From contig JBAYWG010000001.1 in the NCBI GenBank assembly GCA_041674225.1, forward strand, positions 169,401-233,400: a stretch of DNA of 64,000 nucleotides, given 5' to 3'. A model generated the notes under the pieces. It saw only the letters and a list, made by a program, of their open reading frames with translations, was not told where the DNA came from and searched no databases. Positions 44,208 to 55,474 of this stretch are shown piece by piece (position 1 is the stretch's first letter; each line of letters begins with the position of its first letter). This DNA is from Minisyncoccota bacterium. Its GTDB lineage: Bacteria; Patescibacteriota; Minisyncoccia; Phycocordibacterales; JAACPR01. Both the position numbers and the translations under genes were made by a program.

Positions 44208-45215
44208 CTAAATATAATAAAACTCTTCAAAAACTTGTCGATACAAATTAATCACTCTTTCAGCTTCAGATTTTGAGAAAGTAAAATCACCTCCTCTGTG
44301 AGCAATATGATTTCTAATCTTATGAGCCTCCCATGCTTTATTCAAAGTAATAAAATCTGACTCCTCAATTTGTTTTAATTTGTCACCAATAGAATCTCCG
44401 TCGTAATTCATTCGAGAAAGCATTTCATCTAAAATAATATCCGCCTCAATAATAGCTTGTCTCCAATCACTTGAACTATGAGATTGAATTAAATTTTCAA
44501 CTCTAATCCATCTTTCATTTTTGGGACCAGTTGGAGTTTGTTCTTCTACTTCAAAAGAAAATCCCAACGCGCTAGCATCTCCGGTCGGCAAGTTTGAAGG
44601 CAATCCGAAACTTGCCAAACTAACTGGTTCAGAAAATTCTTCATTCTGTTTAATTTTTCTTTGCAAAGATTGGAATTCTAAACTTTTTTTATTCTGAGAA
44701 AGAATAGTGGCTTTCTTTTGTTTTTTAGAAATATTAAAAATCAAAAATAAAAACACAATCGCTAAAATTAATCCAATTGGTCTAAATATATCTAGAAAAA
44801 TTGGTACAATATTTAAAGCTCTGAAGAAACCTATTTCACTTGTTAGATCTTTTGCAGAAACCCAACCGTCAGGAGTTTCTTGATAATCAACTCTAAACCA
44901 TTTCTGTCCGTACAAATCTACAGGGCCCTCTAAAATTTTTCCAATAGCACCTTTTATTTGTTCACCAATAATCGCACCAGCTGGGGTTTGTCTTACCTTT
45001 GTATCCCAAATATTTGCAACTTTTTTTCCTACAGATAAATCTCCTACAGGAACAATTCTCAAATCCCCTTCAGTGATTCCCACTTCCAAATTTTGTTCTT
45101 CTACTTTGTTTGTAAATTTATTTACAAAACTTCCAAAAATAAAAACTATCGCAATCATTGCGACAACTGTCCAAAGTAATCCTGAGTCAGTGCTTTCAAC
45201 TGGTTTATCTGCCAT
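44208..45215 (-). CDS. hypothetical membrane protein with an SH3b-like segment
   Basis: Two TM segments. WFRVDYQETPDGWVSAKDL is SH3b-like. The C-terminal helical domain ends ...AHKIRNHIAHRGG. Confidence 0.5.
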   Translation of the reverse strand: MADKPVESTDSGLLWTVVAMIAIVFIFGSFVNKFTNKVEEQNLEVGITEGDLRIVPVGDLSVGKKVANIWDTKVRQTPAGAIIGEQIKGAIGKILEGPVDLYGQKWFRVDYQETPDGWVSAKDLTSEIGFFRALNIVPIFLDIFRPIGLILAIVFLFLIFNISKKQKKATILSQNKKSLEFQSLQRKIKQNEEFSEPVSLASFGLPSNLPTGDASALGFSFEVEEQTPTGPKNERWIRVENLIQSHSSSDWRQAIIEADIILDEMLSRMNYDGDSIGDKLKQIEESDFITLNKAWEAHKIRNHIAHRGGDFTFSKSEAERVINLYRQVFEEFYYI

Positions 45216-46631
45216 CTATTTTATTTTCTCAAATTTTTTACCAATCTCAAAGAGTTTTTTTTCATTATACTGCGCAGAAATAAATTGCATTCCAACTGGA
45301 AGATTTTTTCCATCACGATTTACTTCATTTCCAGGTACAGAAATAGCGGGAACGCCAGCAACATTAGCAAGAACCGTAAAAATATCATTCAAATACATCT
45401 TCAAAGGATCACTAGATTTTTCACCAATTTTAAAAGCAGGAGTTGGAGCAACAGGCATTGCAATCACATCAACTTCTTTAAAAACGTTTTCGACTTTTTT
45501 TCTAATCATATTTCGCACTTGCCAAGCTTTTCTATAAAATTGATCAGCATAACCAGCAGACAAAACATAAGTCCCTAGCATGATTCTTCTTTTCACCTCA
45601 GAACCCAAGAGTTGTCCCCGAGTTTTCATATAAGTATCCAACAAGTCTTTTCCTTCAATTCTTTCACCAAACTTTACTCCGTCATATCTAGACATATTTG
45701 AAGAAACTTCAGCTGGCACCAAAACATAATAAACAGCTAGAGAATGTTCAATCCCAGGAATTTTAATATCTTTTATTTCATACCCTTCAGATTTCAATTT
45801 TTCAATTCCATCATTAAAAGATTTCAATACATCTTCATCAATTCCTTCTTTCAAAAAATCATAAGGGACTCCGATTGTTTTCACACTTGAATCTTCGTTT
45901 AAAATTGAGTGACTTGTTGAGTCCATTTCATCTTTTCCTCGCACAGCATCAAAAAGGATTTCTACATCATCGACATTTTTTGCAGTTGGACTAATCACGT
46001 CAAATGAACTCGCCATCGCAATCAATCCATATCTAGAAACACTTCCGTATGTTGGTTTCAATCCAACCACTCCACAAAAACTCGCAGGCTCTCGAATCGA
46101 ACCACCTGTATCAGAACCGAATCCTCCAGCCGCCATTTCCGCAGCTACAGAAGCAGTCGCACCTCCAGAAGAACCTCCTGCAACTCTTTCAGTATCATGA
46201 GGATTTTTTGTCACACCATATGCACTGTTTTCAGTTGAAGCACCTTGAGCAAATTCGTCAGTGTTTGTTTTTCCTAAATACACAGGACAATGTTCATCCA
46301 ATTTTAAAATAGCTGTAGCAGAATATGGAGCAACATAATTTTCTAAAATTTTTGAACCAGCAGTAGTGCGTCGATCTTTCATACACATATTGTCTTTCAT
46401 TGAAATCGGAATACCTGTCAGAAGTGTTGCAGTACCAGCATCAATTTTTTCTTGAGCTTTTTTTGCTTGCTCCATCACATCATCAAAAATAGTTAAATAC
46501 ACATTCAATTCAGGATTTTTTTCTTGAATATTTTTTAAATATGCATTCGCCAAATCTACAGCCGTAATTTCTTTTGCGACTAATTTTTTGTGAGCTTCTT
46601 TAATTGTTAGTTTAGTTAGATCCATTGTCAT
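45216..46631 (-). CDS. gatA: Asp/Glu-tRNA amidotransferase subunit A
   Basis: Amidase signature GGSSGGATASVAAEMAAGGFGSDTGGSIR. Confidence 0.95.
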   Translation of the reverse strand: MTMDLTKLTIKEAHKKLVAKEITAVDLANAYLKNIQEKNPELNVYLTIFDDVMEQAKKAQEKIDAGTATLLTGIPISMKDNMCMKDRRTTAGSKILENYVAPYSATAILKLDEHCPVYLGKTNTDEFAQGASTENSAYGVTKNPHDTERVAGGSSGGATASVAAEMAAGGFGSDTGGSIREPASFCGVVGLKPTYGSVSRYGLIAMASSFDVISPTAKNVDDVEILFDAVRGKDEMDSTSHSILNEDSSVKTIGVPYDFLKEGIDEDVLKSFNDGIEKLKSEGYEIKDIKIPGIEHSLAVYYVLVPAEVSSNMSRYDGVKFGERIEGKDLLDTYMKTRGQLLGSEVKRRIMLGTYVLSAGYADQFYRKAWQVRNMIRKKVENVFKEVDVIAMPVAPTPAFKIGEKSSDPLKMYLNDIFTVLANVAGVPAISVPGNEVNRDGKNLPVGMQFISAQYNEKKLFEIGKKFEKIK

Positions 46632-46929
46632 TGTTTAAAATTTTCTGCACTTGGATAAAATCATCTTTCGTTTTTGGAGCGCATTTCAAAAGTGAATCTT
46701 TATAAGTTTCTGGTTCATCGGCATTTGTGTCTTCTCGAAAAACGTTTCTATCTCCAGAATTTTCAATCAAATTGAAGTCTCCTTCTGATTCTCCGATAGC
46801 AGAGTTAATTTGTTCAATATAGCCCAAAATAGAGCCTATTTCTTGGCTATATTTATCCACTTCATTTTCAGTTAGTTCTAGGCGAGCTAGTTTCGCCAAG
46901 TTGATTATGTCTTCTTTATTCATAGGCAT
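46612..46929 (-). CDS. gatC: Asp/Glu-tRNA amidotransferase subunit C
   Basis: INLAKLARLELTENEVDKYSQEIGSILGYIEQI. The gene overlaps gatA. Confidence 0.85.
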   Translation of the reverse strand: MPMNKEDIINLAKLARLELTENEVDKYSQEIGSILGYIEQINSAIGESEGDFNLIENSGDRNVFREDTNADEPETYKDSLLKCAPKTKDDFIQVQKILNNDNGSN

Positions 46930-46937
46930 ATCCTAGC

Positions 46938-48953
<2,016 letters not shown>

Positions 48954-49559
48954 TTATGAACGATACTGTAACACAAGTCCTCTTTGTACTGCACGTTCGT
49001 CTCCTTCAGGGTCACAGGTGTTTAAACCTTGAGAAGTGATAATTGTATACGACTCATTTTCTTCACCCTCTGTAGCAACAGTTTTCTCTACTGTAACTTC
49101 TGCACAAGACAAAATATTTCTTGTATTATCTCCATTATTTGAGATAGCAATTCTGAAAACAGTTGAGCTTTCTGCAGTATCCCATCCACCTTGTGTGTAT
49201 GATTGCTCATAAACCGAGACCCCTGTCGCTATATTTGTTCCAGAACATTCAAAAGCATTTGTGTCAGTTCTTCTCAAACCTTCTTCACCTCCGGGAGGAA
49301 ATACATACTGAGCTACACCAGTGTTAGGATCTACAATAGTTCCATTTAAATCCCAATACAATGCACATTCCATTCCTGTGTTTGCAGCATAAAAAGCAAA
49401 CTGCGACTCTCTTCCTGCACCAGAAAGAATAACTTGTTTCAAAGCAATATTAATAATTGAAGCGCCCACAGCAAGCACCATCACCGAAACCAAAACTGCG
49501 AAAAGCAAAGCAAATCCTTTTTCTTTATTATCTATTTTTTTAAACGTAAATTTTTTCAT
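48954..49559 (-). CDS. pilus minor component, PilX-N-like
   Basis: KGFALLFAVLVSVMVLAVGASIINIAL hydrophobic N-terminus with no Glu5. Last gene of the pilin block. Confidence 0.4.
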   Translation of the reverse strand: MKKFTFKKIDNKEKGFALLFAVLVSVMVLAVGASIINIALKQVILSGAGRESQFAFYAANTGMECALYWDLNGTIVDPNTGVAQYVFPPGGEEGLRRTDTNAFECSGTNIATGVSVYEQSYTQGGWDTAESSTVFRIAISNNGDNTRNILSCAEVTVEKTVATEGEENESYTIITSQGLNTCDPEGDERAVQRGLVLQYRS

Positions 49560-49562
49560 ATC

Positions 49563-50156
49563 TTATGGTGTTGTTGGTGCTATGTTTGGAATCCAATTAA
49601 AAATATTTTCTTGCACCACAATTCTTGAATCTCCGACACGAACATTTGAAGTCCAAGTCATCTCAACAACTATTTGCAACTCTGCTCCCGGGACCACTTC
49701 AGTAAGATAAATATTTCTTGTAAATCTAGAATCAGAAGAATCGTTTATAGAAAAGTTATAACCAAACCTTCCGCTTGCATCAGTTTTTAAAGGAGGACAG
49801 GTTCCTGAAGTACAAATATCAATTTCAGGAGTGGTCGTACTCATTGTGGTATCAATAGAAATCAAACAAGTTGGATTCAAGTTTTGATCACAAGCAAAAA
49901 TACCGTCTAGCCAATTGTTTGCACCATTTAAAGCATTATTGTCTCTCATGTTTTTAATTGTCTCAACTGCATCTTGAGCTAAAAAGAAAGATGTGATTTG
50001 ATCTCTAGCCAAAAAAGCTGTTCTCAACCCTGATTGAGCAAAAACCATCGGACCTGTAATAGAAAGAACTAAAATAAAAATTGCGACAAGAGTTTCTAAA
50101 ATTGTAAAACCTCTATCTCTTTTTTCGTTTATTATTTTTTTAATAAAATTTTTCAT
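49563..50156 (-). CDS. prepilin-type minor pilin
   Basis: RDRGFTILETLVAIFILVLSITG class III signal (G/FTxxE). Confidence 0.7.
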   Translation of the reverse strand: MKNFIKKIINEKRDRGFTILETLVAIFILVLSITGPMVFAQSGLRTAFLARDQITSFFLAQDAVETIKNMRDNNALNGANNWLDGIFACDQNLNPTCLISIDTTMSTTTPEIDICTSGTCPPLKTDASGRFGYNFSINDSSDSRFTRNIYLTEVVPGAELQIVVEMTWTSNVRVGDSRIVVQENIFNWIPNIAPTTP

Positions 50157-50159
50157 ATT

Positions 50160-50777
50160 TTATGGTGCTATATCAAGCTCACTACCAGTAATGTTCAATC
50201 TTCTTTGAGAAACAGATGTCTGCAAAGAAAACGAAGATGATATTTTTTCGTTAACCTGAACTGTTCCAGAAATAACAATTTGGGTTCTGGGTTGAGTTAA
50301 GTCATTATTTACACCACCACCCACAACTAAAACTTCAAAACTTTCAATATCAACTAAATCTGATGTGATAGGAACCCACTGATTAGCATCACACAATTCA
50401 TCATCGTAATCAGTATCTACACATTGTACAATGTATCCTCTTTGTCGACCCGCAACAGTGTCGTCTGTCACTAGTCGATATCTAGTTTTTTCTCTTTGAA
50501 AACCTGCCTCATCTAAAACAATTGCACTCACATGCAAAATTCTATTTGAAGATTCGTAGTTTGGCTCAACTCCTGTTTTCAAAGATCTTGTAATCATTTC
50601 AACAGAAAAGTTTAGATTGTTCATCACTTCTGTCAGAGTACGAGCTTTTCTATTTGCATCTAAAATTGTAAGAATTGCACCCAACGCAATCATCACCACA
50701 ATAGAAAAAATTGCAACGGACACCATCATCTCCACCAGAGTAAAACCTTTATTATTCTGTAATTTGTTTTTATTCAT
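50160..50777 (-). CDS. prepilin-type minor pilin
   Basis: The start is moved to ATG 50777 (MNKNKLQNNKGFTLVEMMVSVAIFSIV). The ATGAATAA overlap with the upstream stop suggests coupling. Confidence 0.7.
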   Translation of the reverse strand: MNKNKLQNNKGFTLVEMMVSVAIFSIVVMIALGAILTILDANRKARTLTEVMNNLNFSVEMITRSLKTGVEPNYESSNRILHVSAIVLDEAGFQREKTRYRLVTDDTVAGRQRGYIVQCVDTDYDDELCDANQWVPITSDLVDIESFEVLVVGGGVNNDLTQPRTQIVISGTVQVNEKISSSFSLQTSVSQRRLNITGSELDIAP

Positions 50778-51510
50778 TTGAATTACCAGAGTCACCACCT
50801 GAGCTTGGGCTTGGACTAGAACTTGAACTTGAACCACAAATATCATTTCCAGAAACTGAAATCTGACCATTTTTTCTTATTAAGACATAACTAGGATTTG
50901 TCTCTGTGGCTGGGGCTTCAACCTTTAATTGCAAAAATCCAAAACCATCAACAAAATTATCTTGTCTTCTAATTCGAGCTTCCGGACTAGGTCTTTTAAA
51001 TGTCACAGCAGCAGCAGTTACATGAGTTACACTTCCAACCACCTCATTTACACAACTATCGTTTCCGACTTCGATTTCAGTAATTCTAATATTTCTTTGT
51101 AATGTAAGTCGATTGATACACTCATCTCCAGCCGCACAAACACAACTTGAAAAACCTGAGCTCTCGGTACCAGTACCACAACGCTTATCATCGTTTCTAT
51201 CTACAAAAAATACAAAGTCTCTAGATGGTCCATCATTTAAATAAAAATAAACTCCATAAGGATAACCAAAACCCCTGTCACCATCTAATTCAAAACCACG
51301 AACTCCAACTCCAAAAGCTTGTGCCTGTCTTGTTGTAAGAGCTATCTCATAAGCCATGTTTGTTACCAGAAGGTTTGAAGTAAAGTCTCCATATTTTACC
51401 ACCACAATCACAGTTAGAATCGCAAAGATTGCTGCAACAATTGTCATTTCAACCAAAGTAAAACCTCGAGAGGTATTTTCTTTTATTTTTTTATTAAAAA
51501 GTTTAAACAT
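50770..51510 (-). CDS. prepilin-type minor pilin with a Ser/Pro/Gly-rich tail
   Basis: SRGFTLVEMTIVAAIFAILTV, with the C-terminus CGSSSSSSPSPSSGGDSGNSNE. Confidence 0.7.
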   Translation of the reverse strand: MFKLFNKKIKENTSRGFTLVEMTIVAAIFAILTVIVVVKYGDFTSNLLVTNMAYEIALTTRQAQAFGVGVRGFELDGDRGFGYPYGVYFYLNDGPSRDFVFFVDRNDDKRCGTGTESSGFSSCVCAAGDECINRLTLQRNIRITEIEVGNDSCVNEVVGSVTHVTAAAVTFKRPSPEARIRRQDNFVDGFGFLQLKVEAPATETNPSYVLIRKNGQISVSGNDICGSSSSSSPSPSSGGDSGNSNE

Positions 51511-52330
51511 TTAAGTTGAAAAACAATGTTAGCCCTAAAATATCTATTGGAACAAAAAACAAAATCAGGGTTCCAATAATTAAAAACGGAGCAAAAGGAA
51601 TTTCAGACTTAATTGTAATATTTTGGCCGCGTATATTCAATCGAGAAAGCAACATAATTAAGATTCCAAAAATTGCACCAATCCAAAAAGATAAAATAAT
51701 AGCCGATATTCCCGAAATAAATCCTAGCAAAAATCCAATTCCCAAAGCCAGCTTCCCATCACCAAGTCCAATCCACCTTCCAGAAGAAAAAAACCACAGA
51801 CAAAAGAAAGGTACGAAGAAAATGAATCCGGAAACAATATCTAAAGCAAATGGAAACTGAAACCATAAATCATAAGGTGTACTTATCACAGCGTATAAAA
51901 AAGAAATTCCAGCAAAAGTATATACAAGCGAGTTTGGAATAATAGTATGTTTGATGTCATAAACAAAAATTACAATCAGAAGACTCCAAATAATAAAATA
52001 TGCAATCATCCCAATAATTGCGAGAAGTGGTGCGTAAGTAAAAACGGAAAGTTGTTTCAGAAAAATTCCAAGAAACATTAGCCCAGTAGAAATTTCTACC
52101 AAGCAGTACTGCCAAGAAATTTTCGAAAGACAACCTGAACATCTTTTCTTTAAAAGAAAAAAAGAGACTACGGGAATTAATTCATGCCAGTGCAATTTTT
52201 TATTACAACTCAAGCATCCAGATCTACCATTTAAACCTTTTCCTGTATTAAATCTTAAAATTACAACATTCAAAAAACTTCCAATGATAATTCCTAGTAT
52301 TAAAAATATAATTGAGAAAAATAAAGTCAT
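51503..52330 (-). CDS. pilD: prepilin peptidase (A24 family)
   Basis: GRSGCLSCNKKLHWHELIPVVSF Cys-box, polytopic, with conserved Asp contexts VYDIKHTIIPN and GLGDGKL. Confidence 0.85.
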   Translation of the reverse strand: MTLFFSIIFLILGIIIGSFLNVVILRFNTGKGLNGRSGCLSCNKKLHWHELIPVVSFFLLKKRCSGCLSKISWQYCLVEISTGLMFLGIFLKQLSVFTYAPLLAIIGMIAYFIIWSLLIVIFVYDIKHTIIPNSLVYTFAGISFLYAVISTPYDLWFQFPFALDIVSGFIFFVPFFCLWFFSSGRWIGLGDGKLALGIGFLLGFISGISAIILSFWIGAIFGILIMLLSRLNIRGQNITIKSEIPFAPFLIIGTLILFFVPIDILGLTLFFNLNV

Positions 52331-52741
52331 TTAATTACAAGATGTGTCATCTTCTCCGAGTGTATCACCAATACTGTCGTACTCTTTTGCGACACCGTCG
52401 GCATCTACACAAAAAGCTCCGTCTGGTATAACAGAAGAAATAGCCCAACTAGATCTACCGTCATAACACAGGGGAGCAGTTCCGCCATTTAGTCTTTGAG
52501 CTTCTGACATTGCCCGAACAATTATAGAATCCGAACAAACCCCCTCAAAACTATACCCGCTCGCAAAAACTAATTCCGCCTGAGTACGCACATTAACGAG
52601 TGTCGACTTGATCGCTGCAGTGTTTCCCTTTCCTTTTGCATCAGACAAAGAGGCTAACACAATAGAGCCAAGTAAACCTATTATAGAAATCACAACAAGC
52701 AACTCAATCAATGTAAAACCTCTTTTTCCGACTAATTTCAT
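52331..52741 (-). CDS. type IV pilin (paralog 2)
   Basis: KRGFTLIELLVVISIIGLLGSIVLASL, with C-terminal Cys pairs. Confidence 0.8.
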   Translation of the reverse strand: MKLVGKRGFTLIELLVVISIIGLLGSIVLASLSDAKGKGNTAAIKSTLVNVRTQAELVFASGYSFEGVCSDSIIVRAMSEAQRLNGGTAPLCYDGRSSWAISSVIPDGAFCVDADGVAKEYDSIGDTLGEDDTSCN

Positions 52742-52790
52742 TAATAAAATTGTACCATATTAAATATTATTGAATAAGATTGGTAAAACA

Positions 52791-52814
52791 AAAAACCGAC
52801 TTGCGCCGGTTTTT
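52791..52814 (-). terminator. weak terminator after pilin paralog 1
   Basis: Minus strand reads AAAAACCG-GCGCAAGT-CGGTTTTT followed by TGTTTT. Only 3 GC pairs. Confidence 0.4.
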
Positions 52815-52842
52815 TGTTGATTATAACTTAGGAAGTTAAACC

Positions 52843-53247
52843 TTATGAACAAGCATCTGCTAGTTCCCAATCTGTACCATTAGCAACAGGTGTTGTAGTT
52901 GTTGCAGAAGCACCAGTACTATCTACACAGAAGTAAGTTCCTGCTGTATCTAATTCTGCAGTAGCTGTCCATCCATCTTCTGAATCAAGACAAGTTGCTC
53001 CTGCTGCTTCAACAGCAGACGCGATACCTGCAGCTGAAACACAAACTCCAGCATATGATGTTGGGGCATTATCATAAAATAGTTCCGCTTGAGCTCTTGC
53101 GTTTGCAAGGTTTGCTTTGATAGCTGCATCTTGTCCCTTTCCTCGAGCTGTGTTTAGCGAAGCCAAAACAACTGAAGATAGAATTCCGATGATTGCAATC
53201 ACAACCAACAACTCAATCAATGTAAAACCTCTATTTGTATTCTTCAT
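52843..53247 (-). CDS. type IV pilin (paralog 1, likely the major pilin)
   Basis: NRGFTLIELLVVIAIIGILSSVVLASL. It has its own terminator. Four Cys in the C-terminal half. Confidence 0.8.
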   Translation of the reverse strand: MKNTNRGFTLIELLVVIAIIGILSSVVLASLNTARGKGQDAAIKANLANARAQAELFYDNAPTSYAGVCVSAAGIASAVEAAGATCLDSEDGWTATAELDTAGTYFCVDSTGASATTTTPVANGTDWELADACS

Positions 53248-53356
53248 AAATTTTATTTATTTATAATTAGTTAACTAATAATAGATTTGAGTAAATCAAA
53301 ATCTACTGGTTTTAATTATAGACCTGTTATATATTACAATCTATTCTTTTCCACAC

Positions 53357-54262
53357 TTAATTTTCTAAAGATTTTCTAGCCAGACTTATAGCGCCCTCCA
53401 AACTTTTTGCAATTGCTAAAAATATTCCTCTGTGGCAAAAAACAGCATCACCCACTCCTGAAACTTTTTGTAATTCTAAATCAGACAATCCCGCCCATTC
53501 TTTTGGAAAAGGTTTTCTTGAAGGGAAATCATCTGGTTTTATTCTCATCGCTTTTACACTCCATTGATCATGCTCTTCACGATATTTCAAAAAATATAAA
53601 ACTTCCGGCTTTGAAAATAAAGCTCTCGAAATATCTTCGTCAGAAAAACTGTATCTTTTATCTAGAACAACAATTCTTTTATCTTCTGATTTTTCATAAT
53701 CTCTTAAAATAATTTCTTCAGATTCAAAAGAGTGTTCTGCTCGAACGATTTCTCTTTGTAATATTTTTTTAACCATTTCCACTGCTTCAAAAAAACCTTC
53801 ATCAAAAGTAAATTTTTCTTTCCAACTAGGCATCAAAGAATAAAGCATGTTTGGAACAATATAAGGAAAAACTCCAAAATCTTGATTAACAGAAAATGTA
53901 GTCAGACCATTATCTCCAGCATCGATTGGTTGCACGATTTTCTCTTCAATATGTTTACAGACCTTTTCGTTACAAATTCTTGAACCAAAATGCTTCCAAA
54001 TTAATCCAAAACTGGCATAAGGAATGCCATTTTCCCTTATTCCTGCACCTTCTTTTTGATGATGATCAAATCTGTTTTTTTCAGCATCATAAACGCCTCC
54101 AATATCCAAGACGATGTCTGCCTCATTAATCAACTTTTCATCTCTAGTTCTAGTAACCTTTATTTTTCCTTTAAAAACTATATCCAAGACAGCTACAGAA
54201 AAAATATCATCAGCATGAAATCTAGAATCATGAGTTACAATTTTTATTTTTTTACCAAACAT
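53357..54262 (-). CDS. MYG1/UPF0160-family metal-dependent hydrolase
   Basis: KIVTHDSRFHADDIFSVAVL N-terminus and FDHHQ, typical of the MYG1 family. Confidence 0.75.
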   Translation of the reverse strand: MFGKKIKIVTHDSRFHADDIFSVAVLDIVFKGKIKVTRTRDEKLINEADIVLDIGGVYDAEKNRFDHHQKEGAGIRENGIPYASFGLIWKHFGSRICNEKVCKHIEEKIVQPIDAGDNGLTTFSVNQDFGVFPYIVPNMLYSLMPSWKEKFTFDEGFFEAVEMVKKILQREIVRAEHSFESEEIILRDYEKSEDKRIVVLDKRYSFSDEDISRALFSKPEVLYFLKYREEHDQWSVKAMRIKPDDFPSRKPFPKEWAGLSDLELQKVSGVGDAVFCHRGIFLAIAKSLEGAISLARKSLEN

Positions 54263-54275
54263 TTTTATTTATTAG

Positions 54276-55442
54276 TTATTTATTTACAACACTCCCCCAA
54301 CGTACTTTTTCATACAAATAAAACCAAACCGAACCAAAGGCAGCTAAAATAAATACAAATCTTGTAATATCTCCAAGTACTGGAACAAATTGCAGAAGAG
54401 TTAGTACAATCACACCAAGAGTAGCTGTCTGGAATGAAACTTCAAGATTTTTATTTTTAGAGAAAGTTTTTTTCATGATCGCACCCAAGGTTATTCCCGC
54501 GATTGAAGTAGAAATTATAAATACACCCACATAAACCATTCCTAATAAAATTGCGATTGGGAACAAAATCAAACTAGCTAAAAATATCACCACCGCAACA
54601 GGAATAAATATAAATGAAACTAAACCAATCAATAAACTTTTCCAAAAAGATTGAAGGCTTCTTAATGCAGTTTTTTGAGAGAAGATTTTAAATACATAAA
54701 CGAGAACAAAAGTTAAAATAAGAGTAGTAACAAATCTAAATAACATCCAGAAATTCAAGAAGCTCACAATTGTGTGCTGAACCAAACCATTTTCTCGAAG
54801 AGAATCTACTTTATTAAAACTCACCGAACCAGAAATTTTAGAACCCTCTTCCAAAATAGCTTGCCTAGGAGAAAAATAACTTATATCACCAGACACTTCT
54901 GCATCTTTTAAGATATCTATTTTTTCAGAAGTTATATTTGCTGTGCCTGCAAGTTTACCTGAAATCAATGTCATACCTGAAATTATTCGAACGTGGGTAT
55001 TCGTTTCATTTTCTAAACTCACACTCGCACCAATCAAAATCAAATCCCCACCCACCACAGCACCTGGTAGAATTTTTATTTCAGAACCAATCACAACAAG
55101 ATCTCCTGAAATACTTTTCTCAACCACAACAATACCACCCACAACTCTCACATCTCCGTTCACATCTCCTTTAATATTTAAATTTCCACCAGCAGAAAAA
55201 ACATCTCCGTTCACATCTCCGGCGATTTCGATATTATTCCCCACAACCACCACATCTCCTTCAATGTTTCCTAAAAACTTTGGTTCGGCACCAGCTAAAT
55301 AAATATTTCCTAAAATAGACTCACCTTGAGCCACACTAGCCGCTTTATCAGTTCGTATTGTAGCGGCCGACAAATCAAAAGGTGCAGTAAATATGGTAAA
55401 AACAAAAAGGATTAAAGCTATTTTTATATAAGCTTTTTTCAT
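54276..55442 (-). CDS. membrane protein with a bactofilin-like beta-helical repeat ectodomain
   Basis: Signal peptide, repeated GDVxGDV/GG(N/I)(L/V)xI(K/A)G units, and about 5 C-terminal TM helices. Confidence 0.5.
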   Translation of the reverse strand: MKKAYIKIALILFVFTIFTAPFDLSAATIRTDKAASVAQGESILGNIYLAGAEPKFLGNIEGDVVVVGNNIEIAGDVNGDVFSAGGNLNIKGDVNGDVRVVGGIVVVEKSISGDLVVIGSEIKILPGAVVGGDLILIGASVSLENETNTHVRIISGMTLISGKLAGTANITSEKIDILKDAEVSGDISYFSPRQAILEEGSKISGSVSFNKVDSLRENGLVQHTIVSFLNFWMLFRFVTTLILTFVLVYVFKIFSQKTALRSLQSFWKSLLIGLVSFIFIPVAVVIFLASLILFPIAILLGMVYVGVFIISTSIAGITLGAIMKKTFSKNKNLEVSFQTATLGVIVLTLLQFVPVLGDITRFVFILAAFGSVWFYLYEKVRWGSVVNK

Positions 55443-55474
55443 AGCCTAATGCTAACATTATTCGACTTAGATTT

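Noticed and set aside
50778-50870. N-terminal extension of the minor pilin ORF (MVRFQFLEMIFVVQVQVLVQAQAQ...) and similar extensions of 37208-37768 and 4625-5242.
   Set aside because: The extensions overlap the upstream genes by 70-140 nt in another frame and have implausible composition. The internal ATGs (50777, 37618, 5170) give canonical N-termini and tight gene spacing.
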